Shown here one piece after another: positions 11,871 through 22,104 of a stretch of DNA of 64,000 nucleotides; the stretch's first letter is position 1; each line of letters starts with the position of its first letter. The translations under genes were made by a program, and so were the position numbers. Where the stretch lies: assembly GCA_045863335.1 (NCBI GenBank), contig BTVY01000042.1, positions 1-64,000 of the forward strand. The letters run 5' to 3'. Source of the stretch: Candidatus Hydrogenedentota bacterium. GTDB taxonomy: Bacteria > Hydrogenedentota > Hydrogenedentia > Hydrogenedentales > SLHB01. The notes below the pieces were generated by a model. That model saw only the letters and a program-made list of their open reading frames with translations, searched no databases and was not told the origin of the DNA.

Positions 11871-12954
11871 GTTTTGCCCTTTCAGGGCGATGCTTGGGAT
11901 GTACCTGTTCCCAGGCGTTGCCCTGGGCTGTCCTGTACGACCCCTTCGGGGTCCAAGACCGGCTGCAGGCAAACCCAGTTCCACGATCCTCCATATCGTC
12001 CATGTCGTTCGTATCGCCCGTGCAGGTCTGTGCGGGGTTGTGTCCGTCTGTGCCGGTCCGTGTCGGTCCATACCCTCCCGACCTGCAGCCTCCGGTCTCC
12101 AGCCTGGTTTTCTGTCCGTGTAGGCCAATTGAAAAACGAGGGGCTCCGACCCTTCTCGCCAATACTTGACCACCCGCTACCCCGAAGGGGTATAACAGGA
12201 CAGCCCAGGGCAACGCCCTGGGAAACCGTTTGCACCAATTTGATCGCCCTGAAAGGGCAGTACAGGAGTTCACAAAATGGCGCAATCCCTTTCCGTGAAC
12301 CTGATTCATCTCATCTACAGCACAAAACACCGGAAACCCCATCTCACCGACGCCGTACGCCCGAAACTGTTCGCATACCAGGCGGGCATCTACGAAACCT
12401 TTGATTGCCCCGCCATCACGATCGGTGGAACCGGTGACCACATTCACGCGTTGTTTGTGTTGTCGAAGAACCTCGCTTTGTGCGATCTGATCAAGGAGGT
12501 CAAAAAAGCCTCCTCCAAATGGCTCAAGACACAGGGTCCCGAATTTGCCGAATTCCAATGGCAAAACGGCTACGGAGCCTTCTCCCTGAGTCAATCCCAT
12601 GTCGCCAGGGCGCGGCGCTATATCGATGCGCAGGTTGAACACCACCGAACCGTCACGTTTCAAGACGAATTCCGCTTGTTCCTGAAACGGTACCGCATTG
12701 AATACGACGAACGATACGTGTGGGATTGATCGGCCCGTTTTGCCCTTTCAGGGCGATGCTTAGGGGTCTGCCTGTTCCCAGGGCGTTGCCCTGGGCTGTC
12801 CTGTACGACCCCTTCGGGGTCTAAGACCGACAGCGCGTAAACCCAGTTCCACCATCATCCATGTCGTCCGTGTCAATCGTATCGTCCATGTCTGTCCACA
12901 CCCAATTGACCTCCAGCCTCCGGTCTCCAGTCTCCAGACTGGTTTCCGTCCGTG
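11871..12954. mobile_element. REP-flanked Y1 transposase locus (RAYT/IS200-like) with three ~83-bp multi-hairpin repeats (family D)
   Basis: Copies at 11871-11952 (+), 12179-12263 (inverted), 12737-12821 (+); imperfect direct repeat 11871-12121 vs 12737-12954. Confidence 0.85.
12277..12729 (+). CDS. tnpA: IS200/IS605-family Y1 transposase (REP-associated type)
   Basis: HLIYSTKHR, DHIH (HUH), WQNGYGAFS, catalytic RYI..Q.EHH, YDERYVWD. Confidence 0.95.
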   Translation: MAQSLSVNLIHLIYSTKHRKPHLTDAVRPKLFAYQAGIYETFDCPAITIGGTGDHIHALFVLSKNLALCDLIKEVKKASSKWLKTQGPEFAEFQWQNGYGAFSLSQSHVARARRYIDAQVEHHRTVTFQDEFRLFLKRYRIEYDERYVWD

Positions 12955-13290
12955 TTCACCACACAACCTCGGAGCACCCAAACCCATGCCACCCAAACCC
13001 CAACCCCTCTGGTCCACCCCCACCTACACACCAAAACTCAACAACCACGATCAATCCGTCTGTTCGATTGACCTCCAGCCCCCAGAAGCCTTCCCCATCG
13101 GCTCCCCATACCGGGTCCAGGCCGAAACTCACGAGTAACGGCGAGTCCATCTAAGTCCATACCGTCTGTGCAAGTCCGATGTAGCGCAGGCGTCCCCGCC
13201 TGCATTCTTTGGAGTTTTGTCTCAGGATTTGCAGTCGCGCAGCGGCGTGACTGCGCTACATCCGCCGCCCAACCCCGGAGCAACCCCAAA

Positions 13291-14778
13291 ATGACACGCA
13301 ATTCCAACCACCTATGGTCCACCCCCAACTACCCATCGAAGCTGTTGAGCAAACGCGCGTCCGTGCCCGTCCGTGTAGGTCCGTGTAGGTCCGTGCAACC
13401 CCGCACAACCTTCGCCCGACTCCACCTCCGCGATCCCCACGGGTCGCCCTGGCAACCGCGGCCCTACCAATTCCTCTCCCTGGAATCCCGGGCGCCGCGG
13501 AAGGTGCATTGCGATGGGCGGGATGTGGGGAAGACGTCGGAGATTGAGATTGCGGCGGCGTGGGCGGCGATGATGCGTCCGAATTCGCAGATGTTGATTG
13601 CGACGCAGTGTGAGAATCATCTGTTTCCGTTGATGGACCGGATCGTGCGGGTGTTTGAACGGAATCCGGCGTTTCGCGGGACGCTGGTGGATGTGAAGCG
13701 GACGCCGTCGTGGTGTCTGCGGTTTGCGAACGGGTTCGTGTTGTGGGGACGGATCGCGGGGCCGCACGGGATGAATTTCCAGGGGCTGCATGTGGATTGG
13801 CAGATCGTCGATGAGGCGCAGGAGATGACGGATGCGGCGTGGGAGGAGATGTTCCAGGCGCTGAATGGGGGCGGGTGGCGCTGGGTGTATGGGGTGCCGA
13901 ATGGGTTGCGGAACACGTTCCACCGGATGACGACGGACCCGAGTGCGGAGCAGTACAACTGGCCGTCGATGTTGAACCCGGCGTGGTCGGTGGAGAAGGA
14001 GGCGGAGCTGGCGCGGTTGTACGGCGGCACGGATTCGCCGGGGTACGTGCATCGCGTGCTGGGGCAGCATGGGTCGCCGGCGTATGCGGTGTTCGATCTG
14101 AACGCGTACCTCGCGTGTGTGGACGAGGGGCTCGCGTGGTTCGAGGCGTCGCTGGGGGAAGACGATCCCTTCGAGGCGCCGTCGGGCGTGGCGAAGGGGA
14201 CGTATTACCTGGGTTGCGACCTGGGGTACGTGCGGGACCCGTCGGAGTTTGTGATCTACCGGAGCGCGCCGCCGGATCTGGTGAACGTGGGGCGCGTGCA
14301 TCTGCGCGGGGTCAACTATCACCGGCAGCAGGGGATCATCGAGGAGCTGGATCGCGCCTACGACTTCCGCGTCATCGGCATCGACGCGGGGAACAACGGG
14401 AGCGCGGTGGCGCACAACCTGAAGAACATCGACGTGGAGTGGCACGGGAAGGTCATGGCCTTCGAGTTCGGCGGCGTCACGGAGACGGGGTCCTTTCCCG
14501 ACGGATCGCCGGACCGGCGTCCGACGAAGCTGTTCATGACGGAACTGCTGCAGCGGCGGATGGCGGACCGGACGATCGTCTTTCCGCCGCTGGCCGAACG
14601 GGAGTCGCAGTACGCAGGCCACACGTACACCGCCGGCATGCGGGGTCAGGTGTTGTTCGACAAGGGGAACGACCACCTCATCGACGCGGACCGTTGCGCG
14701 GTGTTGGCGCATTACCTGGACACTCAGGAGCTAAGCGCGGGGTCGTATTATCCCCATCTCCGGTTGGAGGCGTTCTGA
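13291..14778 (+). CDS. Phage terminase large subunit-like ATPase/nuclease (start uncertain; ORF open from 13168)
   Basis: PRPYQ adenine motif, GRDVGKT Walker A, IVDEAQE Walker B, GVPNG coupling motif, LGCDLG and DHLIDA RNase-H acidic residues. Confidence 0.88.
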   Translation: MTRNSNHLWSTPNYPSKLLSKRASVPVRVGPCRSVQPRTTFARLHLRDPHGSPWQPRPYQFLSLESRAPRKVHCDGRDVGKTSEIEIAAAWAAMMRPNSQMLIATQCENHLFPLMDRIVRVFERNPAFRGTLVDVKRTPSWCLRFANGFVLWGRIAGPHGMNFQGLHVDWQIVDEAQEMTDAAWEEMFQALNGGGWRWVYGVPNGLRNTFHRMTTDPSAEQYNWPSMLNPAWSVEKEAELARLYGGTDSPGYVHRVLGQHGSPAYAVFDLNAYLACVDEGLAWFEASLGEDDPFEAPSGVAKGTYYLGCDLGYVRDPSEFVIYRSAPPDLVNVGRVHLRGVNYHRQQGIIEELDRAYDFRVIGIDAGNNGSAVAHNLKNIDVEWHGKVMAFEFGGVTETGSFPDGSPDRRPTKLFMTELLQRRMADRTIVFPPLAERESQYAGHTYTAGMRGQVLFDKGNDHLIDADRCAVLAHYLDTQELSAGSYYPHLRLEAF

Positions 14779-14916
14779 ATTGCGGTATGGATTCTTCGGG
14801 AATGACAACGGCACAGCGCGAATGACGCCATTGCCTGAAAGTTGCGAAGTCCCTCGCCAAAAGCACATGCTCTGCTACGGCCCAGTTGAACCCGGGCCGC
14901 TACGAGGGGAACCCAT

Positions 14917-17415
14917 ATGAAGTTCGTCACCACAGTAAGTCTGTTCATTCTTGTCGCGACACCGATTGTGGCCGCGGCAATCGCACCCGTCCAGATGGAG
15001 GGATGGGGCATCGTCGTCGCGGACGACGCTACGCCGAGCGAGCGTTACGCGGCGGATGAGTTTCAGGCCTTGTTCCAGCAATTGACCGGACTCTCCCTCG
15101 ACATTCGCGGGACCGCCCCGGAGGACGGTCACGCCGTGTATATCGGACCGGGCGCTGCGATTCATGCGCCGTCCATCGGGTTTGACGCCGAAGGCATGGG
15201 GGAGGAGGCGATGCGCATTCGCACCGATGGAGAGAATATCGTCATTGCGGGCGGACGGCCCCGCGGGACGCTGTATGGCGTCTACGAGTTTTTCGAACGG
15301 TACTGCGGCGTGCGATTTCTGACCGTGGACCACACGCACTTCCCGGCGGCGGAGACTATTCCGCCCATTAGGCCGACGGACTTCACGTATGCCCCGCCAT
15401 TCTCGTTCCGTTGGAGCTATTACAAGGCCAACTCGGATCATCCCGAGTTTGCGGCGCGCCTTCACGTCAATACGGTGACGCGCGAGGAACGGCTTGGCGG
15501 CATGACCGGCCAGTCGCTCATCGGCCACAGCTATGCCCGTTGGATCAACCCGGAGAAGTACGGCGAGACACATCCCGAATACTTTGCCTATATCGACGGC
15601 GAGCGCAGAAACACTATCCCCGCGCCGGCCACGGAACCTTGCGTGACCAATCCGGAGGTCATCGACATCATCACGCAATGCGTTCTCGACGAAATCGCCG
15701 CCAATCCCACCATGGAGAATATTGCGGTAAGCCAGAACGATAACGATGCGTATTGCCGGTGCGCCGAGTGCGAGGCCATCAACGAACGCGAAGGCACGCC
15801 AATGGGGGCCAACCTCGCGCTGGTCAACGCTGTGGCCGAGCGGGTCGAAGAAAAGTACCCGGATGTGATGGTTGGCACTTTGGCGTATTGGTATACCCGC
15901 AGGGCGCCCAAGACCATCAAGCCCCGCCACAACGTGCAGATCCAACTGTGCAGCATCGAGTGCTGTGAACTGCACCCCATCAACGACCCGGCTTGTCCAA
16001 AGAACGTCGAGTTCTGCAAAGACGTCATGGACTGGAAAGCCATCAGCGACAACGTGTGGATTTGGAATTACAACACCAATTTCTCGTATTACGATCTGCC
16101 GTTCCCGAATCTGCGCGTCATCGGACCCAACGTGCGCTTCTTCCGGGATAACAACGCCAAGGGCGTTTTCATGCAGGCCAACGCCATGGGCGACGCGGGT
16201 GAGATGTGCGATCTGCGCAACTACCTCATGGCGCGCACGCTCTGGGACCCGGAGTTGGAGAGCTGGCCGCTCGTTGAAGAGTTCTGCGCGCTGCACTACG
16301 AAGACGCCGCGCCGGTGATCCTCGAGTACCTCAACCTCAATCACGAGAACGCCGAGGTTCACGGCAACCATCCCAATTGCGGGGCCTTCCCGGTGGAACT
16401 GGGGTTAACCCCCGAGAGCGTGGAGAAGGGATTCGACCTGTTTCAACAGGCCCTCGCGCTTGCGCCGAACGATACCGTGCGCGCCCGGGTGGAAATGGCG
16501 TCCATTCCCGCGTACCGCGCGCTCATCGTGGCGAACGGCAGGCCCTGGAAGAATACGGACGGTGTGGTGAAGCGCGATTTGCCCGAACGGTTCAGCTCGG
16601 TGATTCCGGATTACATCGCCTTGTGCAAGAAGTACAACATGTCCTATGTGGCCGAGGGTCGGGCGTCCAGTATCTATTTCGAGCAACTCGAGAAGATGGC
16701 CGCCATGCCGTCCGTGGGAATCGAGAACGCAATCTGGCGCGTGACGATCCTTCCCGAACAGAACGGAAAGATGATCGAACTGGTGCACAAGCCCTCGGGC
16801 CGTCACGTGTTGCCGGCCATGACCCACGACAACATTCTTCAGGGTTGCCTCGATGAAGTTGCCCAGGCCGGGTTCACGTCGGATGCCTTCTCGGTCTTCG
16901 ACGCCCAAGTTGAAGACAATGTGATTCGACTGGTCCGTAAACTTGAAGACGGCAGTACCGTCGAGCGAAGCGTCGGGTTCAAGCCCGGCGAGCCGGACGC
17001 CATCCTGTGCACCTCACGGGTCACCAACCACGGCGCCGAACCTCGGCTCTTCCAGTTTCGTACGCGTCCGGAGTTCAACGCGTACAGCGGCAGTGCTGAT
17101 GAGAAGGTCGTGGCGGCCTACGTGAAGGGGGACACCTGGGTCCAGTTCAACCGGGAGTGGAAAGACGGTACGGGTCCTGACAGCGATCTCCTGGCGGCGT
17201 CCCGGGGCGGCGGCATGGCCTACTTCAATCATGAGATCAAGAGCGGTATGGAAGTCACCTACGCGCCGGACAGTGTAAAGTACCCCCGGCTACGCTGGTA
17301 TCCGCAGTACGAGCAAGTGAACCTGGAGCTATTTTCCAACGACGTAGAGCTGAACCCCGGCGAATCGCTCGCGATGGAATACACCCTCCGCCATCTCGCC
17401 GAACCGCCGCAATAG
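14917..17415 (+). CDS. DUF4838 domain secreted protein (GH20/GH67-like N-terminal domain)
   Basis: Signal peptide; ERYAADE, GGRPRGTLYGVYEFFE, HPEYFA, PCVTNP, YCRCAEC, VGTLAY. Confidence 0.85.
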   Translation: MKFVTTVSLFILVATPIVAAAIAPVQMEGWGIVVADDATPSERYAADEFQALFQQLTGLSLDIRGTAPEDGHAVYIGPGAAIHAPSIGFDAEGMGEEAMRIRTDGENIVIAGGRPRGTLYGVYEFFERYCGVRFLTVDHTHFPAAETIPPIRPTDFTYAPPFSFRWSYYKANSDHPEFAARLHVNTVTREERLGGMTGQSLIGHSYARWINPEKYGETHPEYFAYIDGERRNTIPAPATEPCVTNPEVIDIITQCVLDEIAANPTMENIAVSQNDNDAYCRCAECEAINEREGTPMGANLALVNAVAERVEEKYPDVMVGTLAYWYTRRAPKTIKPRHNVQIQLCSIECCELHPINDPACPKNVEFCKDVMDWKAISDNVWIWNYNTNFSYYDLPFPNLRVIGPNVRFFRDNNAKGVFMQANAMGDAGEMCDLRNYLMARTLWDPELESWPLVEEFCALHYEDAAPVILEYLNLNHENAEVHGNHPNCGAFPVELGLTPESVEKGFDLFQQALALAPNDTVRARVEMASIPAYRALIVANGRPWKNTDGVVKRDLPERFSSVIPDYIALCKKYNMSYVAEGRASSIYFEQLEKMAAMPSVGIENAIWRVTILPEQNGKMIELVHKPSGRHVLPAMTHDNILQGCLDEVAQAGFTSDAFSVFDAQVEDNVIRLVRKLEDGSTVERSVGFKPGEPDAILCTSRVTNHGAEPRLFQFRTRPEFNAYSGSADEKVVAAYVKGDTWVQFNREWKDGTGPDSDLLAASRGGGMAYFNHEIKSGMEVTYAPDSVKYPRLRWYPQYEQVNLELFSNDVELNPGESLAMEYTLRHLAEPPQ

Positions 17416-17449
17416 CCGCACCGTAACCCCTGTGCGATAGGGAAAACAA

Positions 17450-17475
17450 TGGTGGAGGCGGCGGGAATCGAACCC
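17450..17475 (-). repeat. att site: 26-bp duplicate of tmRNA 3' end
   Basis: TGGTGGAGGCGGCGGGAATCGAACCC identical to 23887-23912. Confidence 0.97.
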
Positions 17476-17923
17476 TCTCTGAAAACCGACACAATCGCTA
17501 CACTTCTCGCGCAGAAAGTACACACAAACCACACGCTCGAATCAGCTTGCGACGACCTCATCGACACTTTCCGTACACTTCCCGAACAGAATCGTGACAC
17601 TTTCTTGCACCTCATTTGTGCAATATACGTGCAATGGAATGCGCTACCGCCCTCGACCAAAAACATGCTCCGAAATTGGGCTTCATTGCCCGAGGACGTC
17701 AAAGAACATGTAGAGAGAATGGCAGAGCAGCTACAGGTAGCGGAAGAACTCGAATGAGCGGGTGTGTGTGTGTGTGCTTCTGTGACGGGTACTCAAAAGT
17801 GGAATTTGACCAGATGAGAATGAATCGGGATGGCCAGTTGGTGCATCATTGCCTTGAAAACAATCCAGGATTTGGTGTGAACGCCTCCGCGACGAACAGA
17901 GATCGACAGATGGATCGGAAGAA

Positions 17924-19393
17924 TTGAACACGCGTGAACTCAAGAACCTGGTCGCAGACGGAGAGTCGGAGCGCCTTGAACTGAAGCGCTCCACGGGCCA
18001 GAGAACCGAAGCCACGAAAAGTGTTTGCGCCATGCTCAATGGCATGGGTGGCTTCGTCGTGTTCGGTGTGACCGACCGGCGAGAAATCGTTGGCCAACAG
18101 GTCACAGCGAAAACCCTTGAAGATATCGCGGCCGAACTGCGACGAATTGAACCGCCTGCATTTCCCGACATCGAGACGATTACGGTCAAGAAAGACCACG
18201 ATGTGATTGTATTGACGGTCCCCGGCAGCGCGGGACCCTATCACTACGATGGACGGCCTTACATCCGGCAGGGTCCGACCACCATGGTCATGCCGCGCGA
18301 AGAATATGAAAGAAGGCTCGTCGAACGTCTACACGCCAATCGCCGATGGGAAAATGAACCCGTTGCCGAGGGCGTATCCATAGGGGACCTCGACAAGCAG
18401 GAAATCCAAAATACGATGGACACCGCCATCAGCTTGGGGAGACTGGAGCCCACGGGGCGTCGAGACGTGGAGTCAATTCTTCGTGGCTTGGAACTCATCC
18501 GCGAAGGCAAACTCCTGAACGCGGCCGTTGCCCTTTACGGAAAGAGCGATAGACTCAAGACGCTCTATCCGCAGTTCAGCATAAGGCTCGCCCGTTTTCG
18601 TGGCGTGAATCGCCTTGCCGATTTCTCGGACAACCGGCAGTACTGGGGGCATGCATTCTCGCTCTTGAGCCGGGCCCAGTCTTTTCTCATGGATCACGTG
18701 CCAATCGCCGGGAGGGTCGTTTCGGGCAAGATGGTCCGTGAGGATCAGCCGCTCTATCCGCTTCGGGCAACGCGCGAGGCGCTGGCGAACGCTTTCTGCC
18801 ACCGTGATTACACGGTACCTGGCGGTGCGGTCGCTGTGGCCATGTACGATGACCACCTCGAGATTACCAACCCTGGCGCGCTTCATTTTGGAATTACCCC
18901 TGAGAAGCTGAAAGTGCCCCACGAGTCCAAACCGTGGAATCCAATCATCGCGAACGTCTTCTACCGGGCTGGAATCATCGAGCGATGGGGAAGTGGCACG
19001 CTCAATATCATCGACTGGTGCACGGAGAACGGCAATCCCGCGCCGGAATGGCAGGAGCAGGCAGGCTCTGTTTTCGTGACATTCCCTCCGGCGGAGCCGC
19101 ACGGGGCAATCTCAGGAAAGGATAAGGATCGGGACCAAGTTGGGACCAAGTTGGGACTAAGTCGGGACCAAGTTCTCGCCATGCGTCAAGTCACTGTGGG
19201 GAAAGGGATTGCAGCGATCTTGGCGTCGTCTGGGAGAACCAATAGGACCAAGTTCAGGGACCAAGTTTTAAAACCACTTTTGGAAGCCGGACTCGTCGAA
19301 TTGACGATCCCAGACAAGCCCCGGAGCAGCAAGCAGCAATATCGCCTGACGGAAGCAGGAAAGCGATATCTTGCGGACTTGGACAAGGCCTGA
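17924..19393 (+). CDS. AlbA_2 (Schlafen-like) + HATPase_c_4 + C-terminal wHTH protein
   Basis: GESERLELKRS..CAMLNGMGG.V.FGVTD; REALANAFCHRDY; NPIIANVFYRAGIIERWGSG; PDKPRSSKQQYRLT. Confidence 0.88.
   Translation: MNTRELKNLVADGESERLELKRSTGQRTEATKSVCAMLNGMGGFVVFGVTDRREIVGQQVTAKTLEDIAAELRRIEPPAFPDIETITVKKDHDVIVLTVPGSAGPYHYDGRPYIRQGPTTMVMPREEYERRLVERLHANRRWENEPVAEGVSIGDLDKQEIQNTMDTAISLGRLEPTGRRDVESILRGLELIREGKLLNAAVALYGKSDRLKTLYPQFSIRLARFRGVNRLADFSDNRQYWGHAFSLLSRAQSFLMDHVPIAGRVVSGKMVREDQPLYPLRATREALANAFCHRDYTVPGGAVAVAMYDDHLEITNPGALHFGITPEKLKVPHESKPWNPIIANVFYRAGIIERWGSGTLNIIDWCTENGNPAPEWQEQAGSVFVTFPPAEPHGAISGKDKDRDQVGTKLGLSRDQVLAMRQVTVGKGIAAILASSGRTNRTKFRDQVLKPLLEAGLVELTIPDKPRSSKQQYRLTEAGKRYLADLDKA
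19130..19173. repeat. Intragenic 11-mer YGGGACYAAGT x4
   Basis: Directly visible; two more GGACCAAGT copies at 19245 and 19258. Confidence 0.93.
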
Positions 19394-19498
19394 ACGTGCT
19401 TAGGGAGACTTCTCGACCGGCAATTGGCCCAAATCGTCGGGCGTGAAATATGGCTTTCCAACTTGGCCCCAATGTATTGAAGGCGAACTCGGACCAGC

Positions 19499-22002
19499 AT
19501 GTCGCATGATGATGAACGGCTCGGACAGGAGCTTGCGAAAGCAAGAGAGGAAATCTGCCGACTCCAGGAGGAGAACAGACGCCTAAGGGCTGTTCTTGGC
19601 GCATTCTCCGTGAAGACCGGCAGTGCCATCAGGACGCCAACGGCCAACGTACAGCTCGCAACCAGGCCACCGTCAACAATGCCACCGACTCCACCGCGTG
19701 ATTCGCAGGCAGTAGCTGATAAACGGATTAAGCTTTTTCGCGCATTGTTTCGCGGCAGGGATGACGTCTACGCCGTACGCTGGGAGAATAAGAAGGGGAA
19801 ATCCGGCTATTCGCCCGCCTGCGCCCACGAGTGGAATCCAATGATCTGCAAGAAGCCTGGAGGCAGGTGCACGGATTGCAATTATCTTCCGCTCACGGAC
19901 GATGTGGTTCGCGCCCACCTTCTCGGACAGAAAACCATCGGCATTTATCCCATGCTAAGCGATGAGACATGCTGGTTCCTTGCCGCCGACTTTGATAAGG
20001 AAGGTTGGCTAGAAGACGCTCGAACATTCCTTGCGACGAGCTGGGCAATGAAAGTGCCGGTATACCTGGAACGCTCGCGATCGGGAAATGGCGCGCATGC
20101 ATGGATATTCTTCGAGCAGGCCGTGCCCGCGGCGGTGGCTCGGAAATTGGGCAGTGCAATTTTGACGTCATCGATGGAGAAACGTCACCAAGTCGGACTG
20201 AATTCTTACGATCGGCTATTCCCAAACCAAGATACGATGCCCAAAGGCGGGTTTGGAAACCTAATTGCAGCCCCACTGCAACGAACACCGAGAGACGGGG
20301 GAAACTCCGTGTTCCTTGACGATGATTTTGAGCCTCATTCTGACCAGTGGAGCTTTCTCGCCGCGGTCAAACGTCTCTCTATCGGCGCACTCGAACGGAT
20401 TATCCGAGATGCCGAACAGCGAGACATCATCGTGGGTGTTCGCCTGCCGATTGTCGATGAAACACGCGGAATAGATCCTTGGACACTACCCCCGTCGCGA
20501 AAACGTGCTGAACCTCCAATTCCTGGCCCCTTGCCGAAGGACTTGACTATCGTCAGGAGCAATCTGCTCTATTTGGAGAAGCGTTCTCTGAATCCTTCGT
20601 TGACCAACCGCATCATTCGGCTGGCAGCGTTTCAGAATCCCGAATTCTATGCCGCACAGTCGATGCGCCTTTCGACGTTTGGAAAACCAAGGGTGATTGG
20701 TTGTGCGGAGGAGTTTCCCGACCACGTTGGGATTCCGCGCGGGTGCTTCGAAGATCTGAAAGTCTTTCTTGAGTCGCACGCGGTTGAGCTCAAAGTCAAA
20801 GACGAGCGCCTGACGGGAACACCTGTGGCGTTCTCGTTCCATGGCCAACTCAGTAGCGAACAACAGTCCGCGGCCGAGGAGTTGGTTGAACACGATGATG
20901 GTGTCTTCGTAGCACCGCCCGGCTTCGGCAAGACCGTGCTGGCGGCGTGGCTCATCGCACAAAGAAACGTAAATACGCTCGTTCTTGTGCATCGCACGGC
21001 GCTCCTGGAGCAATGGCGTGAGCAGCTCGCCCTCTTTCTGAACGTGAATAGACAGTCTATCGGAATGATAGGAAGTGGTCGGCACAAGACCACGGCTCTT
21101 CTGGACGTCGCAATGTTGCAGACTCTTCAGCGGAAGGGACAGGTAGCCGATCTCGTGGCCGACTATGGCTTCGTTATTGCAGACGAATGTCACCACCTTT
21201 CGGCCTTCACGTTCGAGCGCATTATGAGGGAGGTTAAGGCGAAGTATGTGCTAGGCCTGACGGCAACGCCGATTCGAAAGGACGGCCACCACCCCATCAT
21301 ATTCATGCAGTGTGGTCCAATCAGGCAACGCATCAGCGCCAAACTTGCTGCGGTGCGTCGGCCATTTGAACATCTTGTCGTTCCCCGCGAGACAAGACTG
21401 GTCGTAAACCTACCAGAACCTTCGATTCATGACGTGTACCACGCTATCACCCACGACGAGACGCGAAATCGACAAATCGTCGACGACATCGTACGGGCGG
21501 TGAATTCGGGGCGTTCGCCGATTGTGCTTACCGAGCGTGTCGACCATCTCAAAACGTTGGAATCCATGTTACGAACGCGAGCACTGACGCAGAAGATCCT
21601 CGTCTTAAGGGGTGGAATGAAGTCCAGTGAACGGACCGATGCTCAAGAAGCTCTCTCAATAGACGCCGCCAATGAGACCATAGTGATCCTTGCGACTGGA
21701 AAATTCATCGGCGAGGGGTTCGATTATTCCCGACTCGACACACTTTTTTCGCCATGCCCATATCATGGCGAGGCACACTGGAACAATACGTTGGCCGTCT
21801 GCACCGATTGCACGAAAGCAAATGCGAGGTGCGAGTGTACGACTACGTGGACTGCAACGTCCCAATACTCACAAGGATGTACGCGAAACGCATTCGTGGG
21901 TATCGCGCCATGGGGTATTCAGTATTGGAGCAGGACGATCAACTGGCGCTTCGATATGAACTCGGACACTCGAGAGATAGTGTGAACCGAGGGCCGGATT
22001 AA
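19499..22002 (+). pseudogene. TOTE-type AEP primase domain + SF2 (ResIII-like) helicase, frameshifted near 21745
   Basis: LFRGRDDVYA, FLAADFD, ERSRSGNGAHAW, GFGNLIAAPLQ; GFGKT, DECHH, GLTATP; motif VI QYVGRLHR lies in another frame (21754-22002). Confidence 0.85.
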
Positions 22003-22104
22003 AGATGGCGATTTTCGCTTGACCGATTCCTGAATAACAACGTGTCGAAACCTCTGATGTAACCGTGTACAGAGATCAAGGGACAGCCGCCCGCGGCAGT
22101 CCGT

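Noticed and set aside
10262-14778. Intact prophage
   Set aside because: No portal, capsid, tail, lysis, integrase or att sites around the terminase genes
17450-17475. tRNA gene
   Set aside because: Only T-arm/acceptor 3' portion; it is the att duplicate of the tmRNA end
17449-17757. 102-aa ORF starting in the att site
   Set aside because: Begins inside the reverse-complement tmRNA fragment and spans repeat motifs; coding status unsupported
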